NCBI GenBank assembly: GCA_000165425.1
Contig: CT868035.1
Location: forward strand, 124,001 to 188,000
Reading direction: 5' to 3'
DNA length: 64,000 nucleotides
Source of the DNA: Paramecium tetraurelia
Taxonomy: Eukaryota
The translations under genes were made by a program, and so were the position numbers. Under the pieces are notes generated by a model, which saw nothing but the letters and a program-made list of their open reading frames with translations, had not been told where the DNA came from and did no database searches. Positions 25,001-38,668 of this stretch are shown here, one piece after another. Numbering within the stretch: the first letter of the stretch is position 1; each line of letters begins with the position of its first letter.

Positions 25001-27382
25001 TTAAAGGATTCAGGAACTAAGCATCTGTTTAAACATTCAAAGTCAAAAAATTAAGCAACTTCTTAATTGAATAATTGAAAGAAACCTATCGTTTGATTGA
25101 AGAGGAACGAAAGAATCAAGAAAATCAACCTTAGATTGAGAACAAGACTTAAGAGAAAATATAAGTACAATCACAAGTCAAAATTACTGCGGTTGATATG
25201 AAAGAAGATCAGTAAAAGGCTACCATCTAGTAAATGGATCCTGATTAAAAAGTGCCATAAGCCAAGTTGGAGAGGGAAAGATTACGTTAGGAAGAGGAAA
25301 GAATCAAGAAAGAGTAGGAGTTACTTGAGAAATCAAAACCTATTGAATTGGCAAAACCAGAAAATGCTCCTGATATTTAGGAAGCCATCAAATAATATGG
25401 GGATTATAAGTTAAAGAGTTCACCTAATTATGAAGTACCTGACAATTAGAGAATGAATGTCAGTAAGAAAAGAAAACATATGTATATGTTAGAGGAATTC
25501 ATTTATAATACTAAATTGAAATTCAATTAATAATTATTAAATTTGAAGAAGAGAAAAGTGAATTTGATTGACAAGGTTAAGAAATACAATTAATAAATAA
25601 AGAAGATCAATGAATAATTGGGTAAGCAAGAACAATTGTTCTAACCAGAAATTGATAAGGAATTGGAAGATCCTCATAGCTTTATGGAAATCAGCGATGA
25701 ACAAATCAATGAGTTCATCAGCAAATTGTAATAGCAATAATAAAAGAAGGATGAACAAAAGAGAATTGCTCCTGCTCAGATTTCCAAGCCAGCTGAATAA
25801 AATTAGATTAAGACAAGAAAGGGGATTAGAGTGCAATAATCAGGTTTGGAAGAAGAAATGAAGACTATTTAAGATATGGTATTGAATGCAGAGAAATAAA
25901 GAATGATTGATGAGATGTAAGAAGAAATAGTGTAATTTGATAAAGATGTTGTTAAATGTTAAAATGAGAAGAATGTTCTTGAAAGTGATATGTTGATAGC
26001 TCAAATGAAATTAGTAACTTATTACTAAGAATTAATCATTTTAGAGGATATGGAGGACTTTGATAATAAATTGATAAAGGAAGTGTTAGATTTCAAGAAG
26101 GAAAAGCAGAATCTGGAATAATAAGTTGAGAAGATTTTGGAGAATCTTGCAACATTATAGAAGAAAGAACAACAAAATGATAAAGATCTGATAGAATAAT
26201 TGAAGGCATGGAAAGAGTTGGTGCATCCTGATGATGAATAGAAGAGGAATAAAATTCATGATTATTACCGTAAGAAATTCAAGAGAGAAATGTTGAAGAG
26301 GTTGAAGAAACAATAAGAGAAGGAACATTCAGATTCTGAGGAAAACGAAGATGATGAAGAAAATGAAGATGACAATGATGATGATATTGTATCTGATGAT
26401 GATGAGGAAGAGAAGCCTGATATCTCACCAGTGGAATAAGATCCAAAAGTCAGGGATGTCATTGAAAAAATCTGTGGATTAGAAGAATAGTAGGATAATT
26501 TCAAGTAAGAAAAAATACAGAATGAGTAATAGAAGTCTAAATTAGCCAATAAGATTGCTTAGAATGACATCTATTTGAAGAGAGCCAATGATGATTTGAC
26601 TCAATATTAAAGGAAGAAATTACAAAGGGTAAATCAATTGGATGTTAGTTTTGTGTTGAAATTATCGTAGGTTCAAAATCTTAATGAACAAAAGTAATTG
26701 CCTGCTGATCTCAATAAATCTATATTGTTTACTGAATATGATTTCTTCAAACTTTGTAAAAGAGTTGTTGAATTGAAACATGAACAAGGAAAAATTACAA
26801 AATAAAAGGCTTAAAAAGACAAGACCAAGAAGATGCAAGAGAAAGAAATTAAATTGAAGGATCTCAAGATTGAAGATTTAAATAAAAAATATGAAGAAAA
26901 ACATATGCTCAAATTTGGAGATATCATTGATCTTAAAATACTTGATGCATTAGAACCAACCAAAGCTGTGTTGGATATGAGAGCATAATTCAATTAGGAA
27001 GAAAAAGAAGCTCAAAGAAAGGTTTCTAGAGCTAAAGAAGAGTTGTCCAAAGTTAAACAATAACTATTGGAAGTCAAGAGAGAGAATACTAAGATTTTCA
27101 CAAACATAACAAAATTAGGCAAATAACAAATGGATTTAAGTAAAAAACTTACATCAGGCAATAAATAATTGTTTAAGGGTGATAATAAGGAGAAGAGATC
27201 AGATATGGAAAGTGATAGATAGAGTTTAGAGGATCTAGTCAAATTTTTGGGTAAGGAGATTGAGGACCTTAAGAATGAAATTGGATTATATAAGAAGAAA
27301 GGTATTTTATTCAAATATTTAAATAGGTGGACATATTTATACGAGTATTACATAAACAAATCAAAACTTTGTTTAGAGATGA
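22058..27382 (+). CDS. CFAP44: Cilia- and flagella-associated protein 44 (WD40 + coiled coil)
   Basis: Reads [22 protein letters not shown]...[16 protein letters not shown]...KAFSQEVYKV...[22 protein letters not shown]...[19 protein letters not shown], and [15 protein letters not shown]. Ends YKKK[intron]GGHIY...QR-TGA. Confidence 0.95.
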
Positions 27383-27409
27383 TATCTAAATCCAATTATT
27401 ATTAAAAAA

Positions 27410-28370
27410 TCAAACTATATCATAATCTTCTTCATCATCCATATCCCATTAATTTTAACCTTAAGGTTTGAAATCCTTTTGTACATCATATTTAAAATTC
27501 TTATCTCCTGGCTTAACAGAATTCTTTTTGTACATAGATTCCATGATTTCTTTGTGTTTCTTCAATTCTTCATTTGTCATCTTGTTTAAATTCAATTGAT
27601 TATAACCCATTTTTTAATAGAGCATCCTATATTACTCCTCTGTGATCTCATCCTCTGAATTCTCCTCTTCTTCATAATTCTCGTCATAACATTCTTCATC
27701 TTCTTCCTCATCATCATCCTCCAAAACAGGTTATTTGCCTTTGTAATTCTTCATCGCATAATTATATAAATCCTCTTCAGACATACCATAATCTTGAATG
27801 TCCTTTTGCAATTTGGATTGTGTTTTTGACATGCTTATAGATGCTTAAGTGGAAGAACTCAAAGGTCTTGTGGAGGATGTTGGTCGTTGTAAAGTAGCAT
27901 TTGCATTAGCACTTGTCTTAGCATTTGTATTAGCATTTGAAGTTGGCTTAGAAATCTATAATCTTTTTTAGATCTTTCCAATTAACTCTATTTTATAGAT
28001 TAAACATTTACGTACCCAACAATTGCTTTTCTGGGATTTTATTATTCATAAAATACATAGCATGTTTCTTCTTTAAATACTCCAAAGCGTGATTAACAGG
28101 AGTATCAGGCTTTAATTTTAGCAATTTCATTTTATGATGATACAGCTTCCCTGAAGATGGCTACAAGTATTCAACAACTAATTTATATGAAATTGAATTC
28201 TAACTGATCATTGGAGGGTCAAATCTGATTGCCAATCTTTTAGGTTCCATATTCGACATCTTTTTGCTCTTATCTCCTGTGTCATTCTTTTTTGTTCCAC
28301 CTGTTGTAGTCTTCTAATTGATATCAAAATTATAAGGGTCTTTTGCAGCAGTTTTAGCAAAATTATACAT
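27410..28370 (-). CDS. CEP19: CEP19-like centriolar/basal-body protein
   Basis: N-domain EPKRLAIRFDPPMIIVEY...GKLYHHKM; C-domain LNLNKMTNEELKKHKEIMESMYKKNSVKPGDKNFKYDVQKDF...WD. Two mini-introns. Confidence 0.8.
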
Positions 28371-28400
28371 AAAATATTAACTTACTAATTTAAATTATTC

Positions 28401-29636
28401 ATGGGACAAAATAATTGCACTCCTAACATCCCTGGATTGGAAAACTGTTATGCAAGATACGAGTAAACAGATGAAAATAAATATCCTTATTTAGTAGCCA
28501 ATAAACATAGATTGGCAGAATCGCAAAACTCACAGATTTTGGAATTATATCAAAAACAACAAGATCAACTTAGATGTTATTTGTAGAATTCTCGTTAGCT
28601 CTCCCAATCGACTAGACGTAATTATGAATTTGAAGGGCGTTTTCTTAAACTTCCATCACATCTCATCTGTCACGTTATGTATTTTGTCATCGATGACTAT
28701 CTCAACTTATTACTTGTTAATACTTTGTGGTATACGAGATTGAATGAAGCCTTTTCAAAGACGGTTAGCATAGTTGATGAGAAATTTTAATAATCTCATT
28801 CCTTTTTAAAATTAAAGTAGTCCAAAAATGCATTTCAAACTTTTTAATTTGGAAGACAATAAGGATTCAGATTGGATAGATGCTTAATTGCAGAAATCAC
28901 TCCTGGAGTTGAAAGTATCATCTGATATTTATTAGAGATTCAATTGTCAAAATATCATACACCTACCTCTGTAAAGGATAGGAAAAGGCTGTCTGCTACA
29001 AATTTGCAATTCTGAGGAGGAACACAATAAGAACCATTTGGGTTGGAGTTGATTAGAGCACTGTAATAATCTATGTATATTGTATAGAATATTTATGATA
29101 AACAGACAGTTCCCGTGATATAACCTGTCTTGCCTTTTTGTGTTGGAGACTACATCAAAATTCCATTCACTCTATTGAACCTCCAAGGATAAGTAAATCT
29201 GTAAAGTATTAAATGGAATAAGCCTTAGGTTGAAAAACTTGATGTTGGCATTTTCGGAAGTATATCTTATAATTTAATAGATATCAAACATATCACGATG
29301 TAACCGCCTCCTAGATTCGAACCCAAAGATGCTGATTGGACTCTATTTCAATACTTTAATCATCCAATGAAGAAATGCTTTGATAATTTTAAGCAAATCA
29401 AATTAAAAGAGTGTAGATGTTGCGGTAACGGGTTAGTTATTAATCGTATGAATTACACTTGTGTTTCAGAGGGGTAACTGACGATTCCCTAATTGAATAT
29501 GAAAATGGTTGTCAAGTAGGGTTGCATTACAAATCAGATAAATCGAGCGACTGTTAGTTATGAATTGGATAATACTTTGGAATTAAGAATTGGTGATTAA
29601 TTAACACTTTACTATTTGAGAGGAGGAGACTCTTGA
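28401..29636 (+). CDS. Hypothetical protein with MG- start, F-box-like motif and C-terminal LRGG-DS
   Basis: Reads MGQNNCT...FLKLPSHLICHVMYFVIDDYLNLLLVNTLWY (F-box-like pattern) and ends ELRIGDQLTLYYLRGGDS-TGA. Contains introns. Confidence 0.65.
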
Positions 29637-29710
29637 TTTATTTTAATATATATCAATTAAATAGTTAGATAGAATTTTTCAATAAATATAATTAATACCA
29701 TATATTTAAT

Positions 29711-31680
29711 ATGCAAAATCTAAGGCAAGAATAAAATAATAATAAATACAATGGACACTAAAGTTTTGGAGCAAACGTAACTTGTGTCCTTTAAGAACTC
29801 TATACAATTGATTGATATCATGCAGTAGTTAAACGATTTATAAAAATAATAAATATATAATTTTATTTCTCATCCAATGATTGTAGGTTAATCACAACTG
29901 ATCAAATATAGTCAATCACATACTCAATAAACAATATTAAACATAATTGAGAGTCTAGGAACAATTATTGCTTAAGTATTGGCTATTGAGAAATTTCAAA
30001 CATTTACAAACAAAACTAAAGGATTAAGTGTGCATTTATTAAGTAATGAAATATCAGAGAAGAGAAGGCATTTTGTTGATCTGGAAGACGAATGTAAAAA
30101 GAATTAGCAATAAGAGGAATGGCAATTAGCTAGAGATGAATTCAAAAAGCTTTTAAAAAATTTAGAGGATTTGCTCATAAATAAAGAACATAAATTATTA
30201 TTATAAAATATTCTATAACCTCCACCTCAATAATCCTCTATTATCATTTAACCAGATAAGAAGCATCTTGATGCAATAGAAAGTTACCATTATCGAAGTC
30301 AGGTGATTTTTCATAATTCTTTATAAAAGGATAAAACAGGAGAGGAATTATTGAAGTGTATAATTACTTATAGGAATGGATTGGCTAAATTTCTCTATTT
30401 CTAATTTATCGAATAAGGTATCAAGGATCTAGATTTACTTTTAAATTATGTTTTGATTAATAAGACCTAAGGTAATCACTCTACACTTTAATAATTGAAT
30501 GAATATATCCAGTCCTTATTTACTAAGAATGATAAACAATAATTAATGAAGGAAATTCAACTAATCATAGTTGTTTTTCCTGAGTTGGCCGAATATTTCT
30601 AAGAGCTTTAGAATAATATCAATGATAACTCTCTTTATTTTGACAATAGAATAGAACTTAACCCCATCTAATTTGAATATGTGCTCCTTATTTACGACCA
30701 CCTTGTGAATCCTAGGAGAAAGTCGACTAGAAAATTGACTTAGGAAACGATAGTATTTATGAAGGATTTGGATTCGGCTATAAGAGCTGGATCAGTTTAA
30801 GGAATTAAAAGTTTACTGAAGAATTTAAATAAAAATATTAAACAAGAAATGCTAACTGATTTTGAATACCTTTCTGAATTAGCTGTTTCGTCCAAATTGA
30901 GATTGTTTATGAAAATGATTCAACAAATTAATGTACTCAAAGAACATGATATTAAAGATGATTATTTAAATTTTCAAATCGTTTTTCAATATGATCGTGC
31001 TATATTCAATGAATGTAAAAATGACGATATATACCATGAACCTTCAGCTGAAATTTAATAAATAAAAGTCTAGTAGGTTTTGTACTAATTCACTTAGGTT
31101 ATAGAAAATGCAGCTGATCTTGAAAAGAATTTAAAAAACGATGCCATTTTAGAGTAATCAATTTTTCATTATCTTTAGGAAACTTAAGACATCAATAAAG
31201 GAGTCAACATCTTCTATCGAAAGTTTAATCACATCTGCATAAACAATTAACAAATTATTGGAAATACTTAATTGTATCTTCTTTTTCTAAAAATTAAATG
31301 TGACAACATTTCTTATCCTCTACCAATACTTTTCAGACCTTAAAGAAATACAATAAAAAATAAAAAATAATTAATGTGATGTAGATCAAATTCCGAATTT
31401 GTACAAGTTATTATTGAATTTCTAATATGATGCAAAACAATAGTTCCAAAAATTATTAAATGAAAAAAAAATGTCAATCTCTGAAGAGCGCGCTGAAGAT
31501 TTAAGTGATTTGATAAAAGAAGTCGAATAATTTGATCGAAATAATGCTGCAACTTTCCTTAATAATGTGAAATAGTACTATAATAAGGAATTGAAGGATT
31601 TCCTCTTAAAATTAGCTCAAATTGGAACTAAGTAGTTCTAAGAGGCTGTTAATTATTTAATTCAATAAGTAGATCCCTGA
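29711..31680 (+). CDS. Hypothetical alpha-helical protein (~650 aa) with two apparent +1 insertions
   Basis: Long code-6 frame from ATG 29751 (an upstream ATG at 29711 is +1 out of frame). Frame change near 31310; ends ...LIQQVDP-TGA. Confidence 0.6.
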
Positions 31681-31731
31681 ATTTAATTGTTTAAATTATA
31701 TAAATTTATTTAATTAATATAATTTGATAAA

Positions 31732-32205
31732 TCATTTTTACTAATAAAAAGCAGGCTGATTAGGGAATTAGTTGTATTGGCCTATTTATTTATTTTAATT
31801 ATATTAATTGAACTAAAACTAAGCGCCTTGCTATAAGGGAGTATTGTATTTTTGTTATCCCTAATTTATTTGATATGTTTATTAGCCCTGATAATTTTTT
31901 AAACTTGGAATTGGCAGGGTTGAGCTTGACTGTACAATTTTGAATACAACTGGTTGAGTTTTATCATTCTTTTATTAATTAAAGTCATTGTTTGCTATTA
32001 ATTAATTAGAATTCTATTATTTTTGGTTGAACATATTGCTTTATGGAGTTGGAACATCATTTTTGACTTCGACTGGAGGAGCTTTTTCTATATACTTATC
32101 AGGAGTCCTTGGATCAAAATCCATTGATCTCAGTTGCTAGCGAGAGTAACTGATGAAAATTTCGCTTTTAGGTTGATTCATATCAGATTCTGAAGATTTG
32201 TTCAT
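31732..32205 (-). CDS. Small low-complexity Q/N-rich hypothetical protein
   Basis: Uninterrupted code-6 ORF MNKSSESDMNQPKSE...NQPAFYQQK-TGA. Confidence 0.6.
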
Positions 32206-33014
32206 TGTCAAATGATTAAAATAAATAATAATAAATATTAATATATCATGTCTTGGGTCTTCAATTAAGTAAAAATATAATATCATATTAAACACTCCTC
32301 TCAATAGATAGAATTGAGTAATAATTTAAGCAAACCAACACTTATTTAGAGTTACAAAAGTTCTTTTACAATAGGTGACAACAACATTAGTTGAAAATTT
32401 TGATAAAAAATAAATAATTCTATTGAAGAATCCCCAAATATTTTATTCCAAATTAATTAAATTAATTTACTATTAATTTCAATTATGTATTTAAAATGAA
32501 TTCTTGAACAATCCCGAAGTTCTCTCCAAAATAAATATATATTCTCCATATCTATTTTATATTGCATCGCAAATTATTCTTATAAATAACTCAGAAAGTG
32601 TTAACCCTAATAATTTTTTAAATTCCTTGAACCTCTTTGATTTTGACACGCTCCCAATATTGCTATATAATCTTTAACTAAATTAGATAGCAATTATTTA
32701 TAAATAAAGTATTTAATAATATACCATTTTGCACTTAAATTATTTAGAGAATTAATCCTTTCTAAATAGAACATTTACGATAAGGATTTAATCACATTCA
32801 ATACCATTCTTGGGCCATACCTGATTTAAAACCGAAGGAAATCCGAAATTAGTGAATTTCAAATACTAGTGTTAGGAACGGATAACAAATTTATGAGTAT
32901 ATTCTTGTTTAAAGGCGAGAAATAATTTAAAAGAAGGGTTCCCCAATTCGATTTTGTGTGAACAATTGATTCTATTAATTTTTGTTTGGATGAATAAAAA
33001 TTAAATAATTATAA

Positions 33015-33741
33015 ATGCAAGCGATTCCTGGTGATTTCGATGCTTAAATGATTGCCAATGAGCAGATTGAATAGCCGTTTATGGAATAGGAGACGGAGGA
33101 TAGAAATAAGGAGTAGGAGGAGGAGTTGACTGAGGAGCAGAAGGAGAGAAGAAGAAAAATATTGGAAGTTCAATTGGCCAATAAAAGATTATTATATAGT
33201 ATTCATAATAAGGACATGGAGATTTTTAGAGTAAAGAAAGAAATTGAGGATCAAAAATAGTTATTGGTTGAGCTGTAATAGCAGGATTAGGAAGTTCTGA
33301 ATGATTCTTATCTATCTCACAGAGCATTGGTTTCATATGATACTTATTTGAGAGGGACACTCAGGGAATAGGATAGAAAAATATACGAGTTAGAATTAAA
33401 CAATGCAGATATAAGTGAAATTTCGGCCAGAATTGAAAAGATCAATAAAGAATATGAGAGAAACATTTAACCTCTTGTTGTTGGAGATTTTAAGACTTAA
33501 ATAGATGCAGATATTAAGAGTTCAAAAAATTAAATTGATGCTCTGAGAAACCAATTTAAGGAGATTGTGGATGACATTGTGAAACTGCATGAAAAACACC
33601 TTGATAACATAGACATGTATTCAACCTTACAGAGATAATTGCAAGTAATATTATATACATATTTTTTAGGAATAATTATTAGCAAATGAATAATTAGATT
33701 ATGAATTAAGCCAATTAAAAAAGAGCAAAGAGTAAAGTTGA
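33015..33741 (+). CDS. Coiled-coil hypothetical protein
   Basis: MQAIPGDFDAQMIANE... E/K/Q-rich; one 25-nt intron near 33645-33669; ends LKKSKEQS-TGA. Confidence 0.75.
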
Positions 33742-33950
33742 TTCATATTTTATATATTTATTTGGATTCATTAAATAATAGTCATTCTCATCTTATAGTT
33801 TAATGGAGGATATATATTCTAATTAATAGTATTTTTATTGAATAATTAAAAATTAATGATAAACATACATATTGAAATAGAAATAGAAATAGATAGGATA
33901 TTTAGAAAATAGTATATCATATATGATTATAAGATGATAATCTTATTCTA

Positions 33951-35528
33951 TCATTATAATTTGCCTAGCCGTTGCCACATATTATGATTGTCTGAATAAT
34001 TCGGAACAGAAAAGACAACCTACTTTTTAGTAACTGGAAATATTTGATCTAGAGTCAATGAAAAAGCATCATCGAGCATTCGAGGAATAAGTTTTTAGAG
34101 CAGTAGACTAGACTCTTCTAAACATGGATTGGAGTTGATTTCAATTAGCCAAACTTTAAAGTCGTCATCAATCATAAAATCTAATCCGAAAATCTCGAAA
34201 CAATATCTTCTTCCAAGAACATTGATTTTCTTTCTAACTGATTGGAATGCTTTTAAGGATATCTGTTTGATATTTTCAACGATCTAAAATGTGATATGAT
34301 TAGAATACCTATTTGTAGAAGTCTCCTTTGCTCTTAAAATACGTAGCCGCTTGATCGAAAGATAATTGGTTACCATCTTCTAGTTTACCATAGTTAGGAC
34401 TATATTTTTGAATGGCATTATTGGTTAAATGCACATATTAATTTAATACATTTTTGGTTGTGTATTCTTCAGATGCCATCCTGATGTAGCCTTGTTCAAA
34501 AAAAAAGAATTCTAGATCTTAATTAAGTAATCCCCATACTCTGATATCAAATTTGCGATTATTAATTAATAATGGTTTTTCCAAATATTTTTAGATGACA
34601 AATTATTTTGATTTGATGATTTAGCCATCTTTCATTTACTGTTTGCCAGAGATGTATTGATCAAGCAAATGAGTCATTTAATCCAAATCTTTGATCACAT
34701 GTATCCCTCTACCACGATTATATTGAGTTGGCTTCAATATCCAGAGGTATTCGTGTCCTTGATACGTACTTGGTATTTTAGATTTGCTGATTTAAATAAT
34801 TTTATCTGTGATCTACATGTAAGTATTGAGTTAACGTCTGATGAGATAAAATTTATTCTGAGAGTCGTGCAATTTAATGGATTAGGGAGCATTGTTCTCA
34901 TAGTATTGAAGGAATTGCAATAACCATATATCTGCCTTTTCGGTAGTGAAATCCAAAACAAAGGTTACAGGAACAAAACTCAAGATGTCTAATTGATTTT
35001 CCTATTTAAGTTAGGCTATACTTCACAATATTGCGAGAGATTTCGAAAAAGATTGCTCTTTTATGATATCTCTGAATGAAATTCAAAATGGTTGACTGCC
35101 TGTTTGACCTTATTGCCTGATAGCAATCTATCATACTGATAACCTTTTTGTGTCTATTACCACCTAAAATTGATTAGAGTATCGTTCTTATTGTTGGTAG
35201 AGATCCATTCATTTCGTTTCGATAGAACTCTTTGTACTACTTGGTGATTGTTACCAGTTCCTAAGAAGTAGATGTAATTATTTTTTATTAAGGAGGGCAA
35301 TGGCACAACCTTGGTTTGGTCACTACTTCTTACTTCTTTGCCAAGGATGACTGATTAGGTTAGTTTTGGTTAATCCTTGAGTTTAATATACTTGGATGCT
35401 AAGGCAATAGCTAATTATTTTGGATTATTTAAATGAGGCATGGCAGACATTTAATTTTAAATGAATCTTGTGAATCTGGCTGTATCGATCTGTTGAAGAT
35501 CTTTCACTTTTACTTAGGGTAGATTCAT
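33951..35528 (-). CDS. Tubulin-tyrosine ligase-like (TTL/TTLL) family protein
   Basis: Motifs GTGNNHQVV, VNHFEFHSEI, NRGRGIHV, FVIQKYLEKPLLINNRKFDIRVW, GYIRMAS, YVHLTNNAIQK, FEIFGLDFMIDD and WLIEINSNPCL. Subfamily (glycylase vs glutamylase) not assignable by eye. Confidence 0.92.
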
Positions 35529-35550
35529 GTTTATATATATTAATAATTAA

Positions 35551-35730
35551 TCATGTAAACTTCTTCCATGGATTTTCGAAGAAGGAGTCTTTGATCAAGT
35601 GATCATAACTTTAGCCGTTCCATTGGAATTTCTCTTCCCATTTCTTGTCTTTCTTATCTCTCTTCTTATTCTGAGAGTACATTTCCTCATTTTTACGAGT
35701 ATATTCTTTTAAAAAAGGAAATTTATCCAT
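35551..35730 (-). CDS. 59-aa microprotein with C-terminal TTDN1/MPLKIP/SICKLE-like motif
   Basis: Intronless 180-nt ORF MDKFPFLKEYTRKNEEMYSQNKKRDKKDKKWEEKFQWNGQSYDHLIKDSFFENPWKKFT-TGA filling the gap between two genes. It is richer in GC than the flanking spacers. Confidence 0.65.
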
Positions 35731-35745
35731 AATTAATAAAAGTAA

Positions 35746-38604
35746 TCATTTGAAACCAGGGAGAACAGTCGGCTTGCTCAATTTCAACATCCTTCTCTTA
35801 TTTAGGTACTTCATAGACACGAAACCTAGCCTCAAATAAAATCTAAAATTAAACAAAAACATCCTATACCTCATCAAATGATTACAATCTCTTCCACACT
35901 TCTTGTGGAATGCTTGCATCCTATTGACAAACCTTTTGAACTCGTTGAGACTCAATTAACCATTCTTGCTTAATAGGATGACCATCTCGGCTATATCTGG
36001 AGTCCTATTAAGATTACCAAACATTGTTTCGAGAATTTTATCATTGATTTCTTAAGCCAACTCATATCCTGGTGTCCTATTAATCGCCTTTTAAATGACA
36101 TCTTACTCATTCTACTCAGTAATCTCATTCGCAATTTGATCATAAAATAATTACTCCTCTTTCTGTTTATCTTCACTCTCTTATTGCAATTTAGTCAAAA
36201 CGAGATCATCTTTTGTTTTATTCCTAGGAGTATAATATTCACGCGGTGAAATAGTTTAAGATAAAGCACCTGTAGTAGTGTACATTCTTCTATGCTACTA
36301 ATTCAAATGCCTTTCCTCTTATTATTCGTAAATTTTCTATTTCAAAGTTTTTCCTTTTGATACATACTTTTGTTCTGTTGATTAACTGTTTTAATATGAT
36401 TCTTATTCAAGTTTCAGATTTGGTACTTTGTTTTGGCGTGTCGAGGATGATGGAGAAGGGAATACATTAGTTAGATGATAGGATTATTAATTTCGAGGAG
36501 ATGCAAGGTTGGAATTGGGAGTTGATTGGATAGGAGAATTAAGATTACCTACTCCCATAGTACCAGCGGAATTGAAATTAGCAGTACTGATTGTAGTTAG
36601 TTATTGTTGTGAATTTATTTTAATGTTTGAGTTTTAGAATTTAAAGTTTTCTATTTATTCATTTTCTTATTGTAAATTATATTAGTCTTTCTAAAAGATA
36701 TTATGCATCATTGTTAAGTCTGTCTATTAATATTGATCCTTAGTTCCCTTGGTTTCATTTGTGTCCTTTTACTCCTATAGATTTTATTGCTTTTATTCGG
36801 TTTTTATAGAACTTTATCTGGTCATATTGATATTTTGAGATGACTTTGCTTTTGATAACGGATAGTGTGGAGTCAATTAATTAGGAGAAGTATTCACGAT
36901 CTTAAGACCATCCATTTTATTATTTGCTGATTATCCAAATTATTCAACCTTTTTGTAATTGCTATTAGCAGATGACATGTTTCTACTACTAGCTATTTAT
37001 TATTCAGTTGGTATACTAACTTTGATGGCAGGCTTATCATTACTACTTTCAACTTCGAATGAAGTTTGGAGTAAGTTCTTACTAAAAATATTCTATTTAA
37101 ATTTATTTTCTAAGTTTTTAATTGAGGATGGTTGATCTATATTATTAGACAGTTGACTATTGTCCATGTTATCATTCTATAATAAATCATTTTCTTCAAT
37201 ATCCTTAATCAAATCAGCCAATTCATGAATTTAGGAACTTGCCTTCTATTCCAATATAAATTGCATCTGTGTTAATCTTCTAGTTTAGTTGTTCCCATCC
37301 AAAGCGTTGACCAATTTCACTAATCTTTCCATTTATTGAGTTTTCTTCTAAATAATGAAATTATCTTTTGGACTTAAATATATTTATTATTTTGAAGATA
37401 ATTATTAAGATTACTCTCTGCTTGTAGTTCTAGGATTTCCTGAGATCGCATTTATTAGGATTTCATCGTTACTGCTAGATGAGACATATCCTCTTTCTCG
37501 ATCACTATTCTTTTTAACCGTTTTTGAATATTCCTTATAAATGTTATCTAATTTTTATTTGAACTCTGATTTTTCGGCTTCTAGTTATGAGAGTTATGCT
37601 TGCATCATTTTGAATTGCCTATCTTTCTGTTCATTAATTACTTGAAGTTCTAATAATTGGTTATCCTTTTTCAAAATTTCATTTTGGATTGTTTCCAATT
37701 TGTTTTTCAATGTCAAAATTTCATTAACATACTAGGAACATCGACAATCTTCCTTATTGTTAAAGACTTTTTTCTTAATTTTACTCTTCATCTCATTTAT
37801 CAATTATAATTGTTTCTCCTTCTCTTAATTCTTCTACTTGTATCGATGGATAATGGCAATAGCAGTTTGCTATTGTATGTGATGAATGTGTTAGAGGAGA
37901 AATTAGACAGTGTTATCATAATTTTGAACTCCCATGTTGTCTTAATTCACTGACTTCAGCAATTATTCCAAATTTAGCCTTTTGAATTGAATGTCTGATA
38001 TAACTAAATCCAAATCCTCGGGCTTACCCTAAAACTCAATATCTAATTATTTTTTATTAGACAAGGCTTCACCTAACATGGAGATGGTATCGTTAGTAAA
38101 CTCTAGCCATTCTCTCATTTCCTCTTCTCTCCTCAAAAGATCACTTGATGCTTTCTAACAATTTTGATAATAATCAATGATTGTGCTAGTACCTACGTCT
38201 TAGTGGGTTCTCAAATTTCTGGTTCCTTAACCCCGAGATTTATACTCACTCCAAGGAATTTATTGATAGTTTTTAATTTGTTATGGGGTACCTAACTAAT
38301 CGATGATGCTGACACTTCCTAGTTGGAGTGCATTAATGAAATCTGGAAGTTAAGGAGTCAAGAGAATGGGTTTTGATTCAGGAGGTGGTTTAGTTTGAGA
38401 TTGAGCAGATTCTAACATTTCTCTAAGGAGGTTAAACAATTTTTCCATGACATTTGCAATTTCGACACTAATTTGACTCTGTACAATTAGGACACATTCT
38501 GAGAAAACTTCATAACATTCAATATGGAGTTTAGAATTGTTTATTTTACTCTTCCTTTAGAGATGTTCAACAAGCGTTTGCAATCGCTTAACTTACTCTT
38601 CCAT
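35746..38604 (-). CDS. Large coiled-coil/low-complexity hypothetical protein with C-terminal HxxCGxxCxH motif
   Basis: Starts MEEQVKRLQTLVEHL and stays open. C-terminus QAFHKKCGRDCNHLMR[intron]FYLRLGF...VLPGFK-TGA. Confidence 0.75.
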
Positions 38605-38668
38605 TTTTTAATTATTTATAAGAAAGGTCGAAATAATAAAATAAATATTATATAGCTCCAATCGGCAA

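Noticed and set aside
32248..33000. Possible small gene between the 31732 and 33015 genes
   Set aside because: A minus-strand open stretch exists, but I could not place a credible start, splice pattern or motif.
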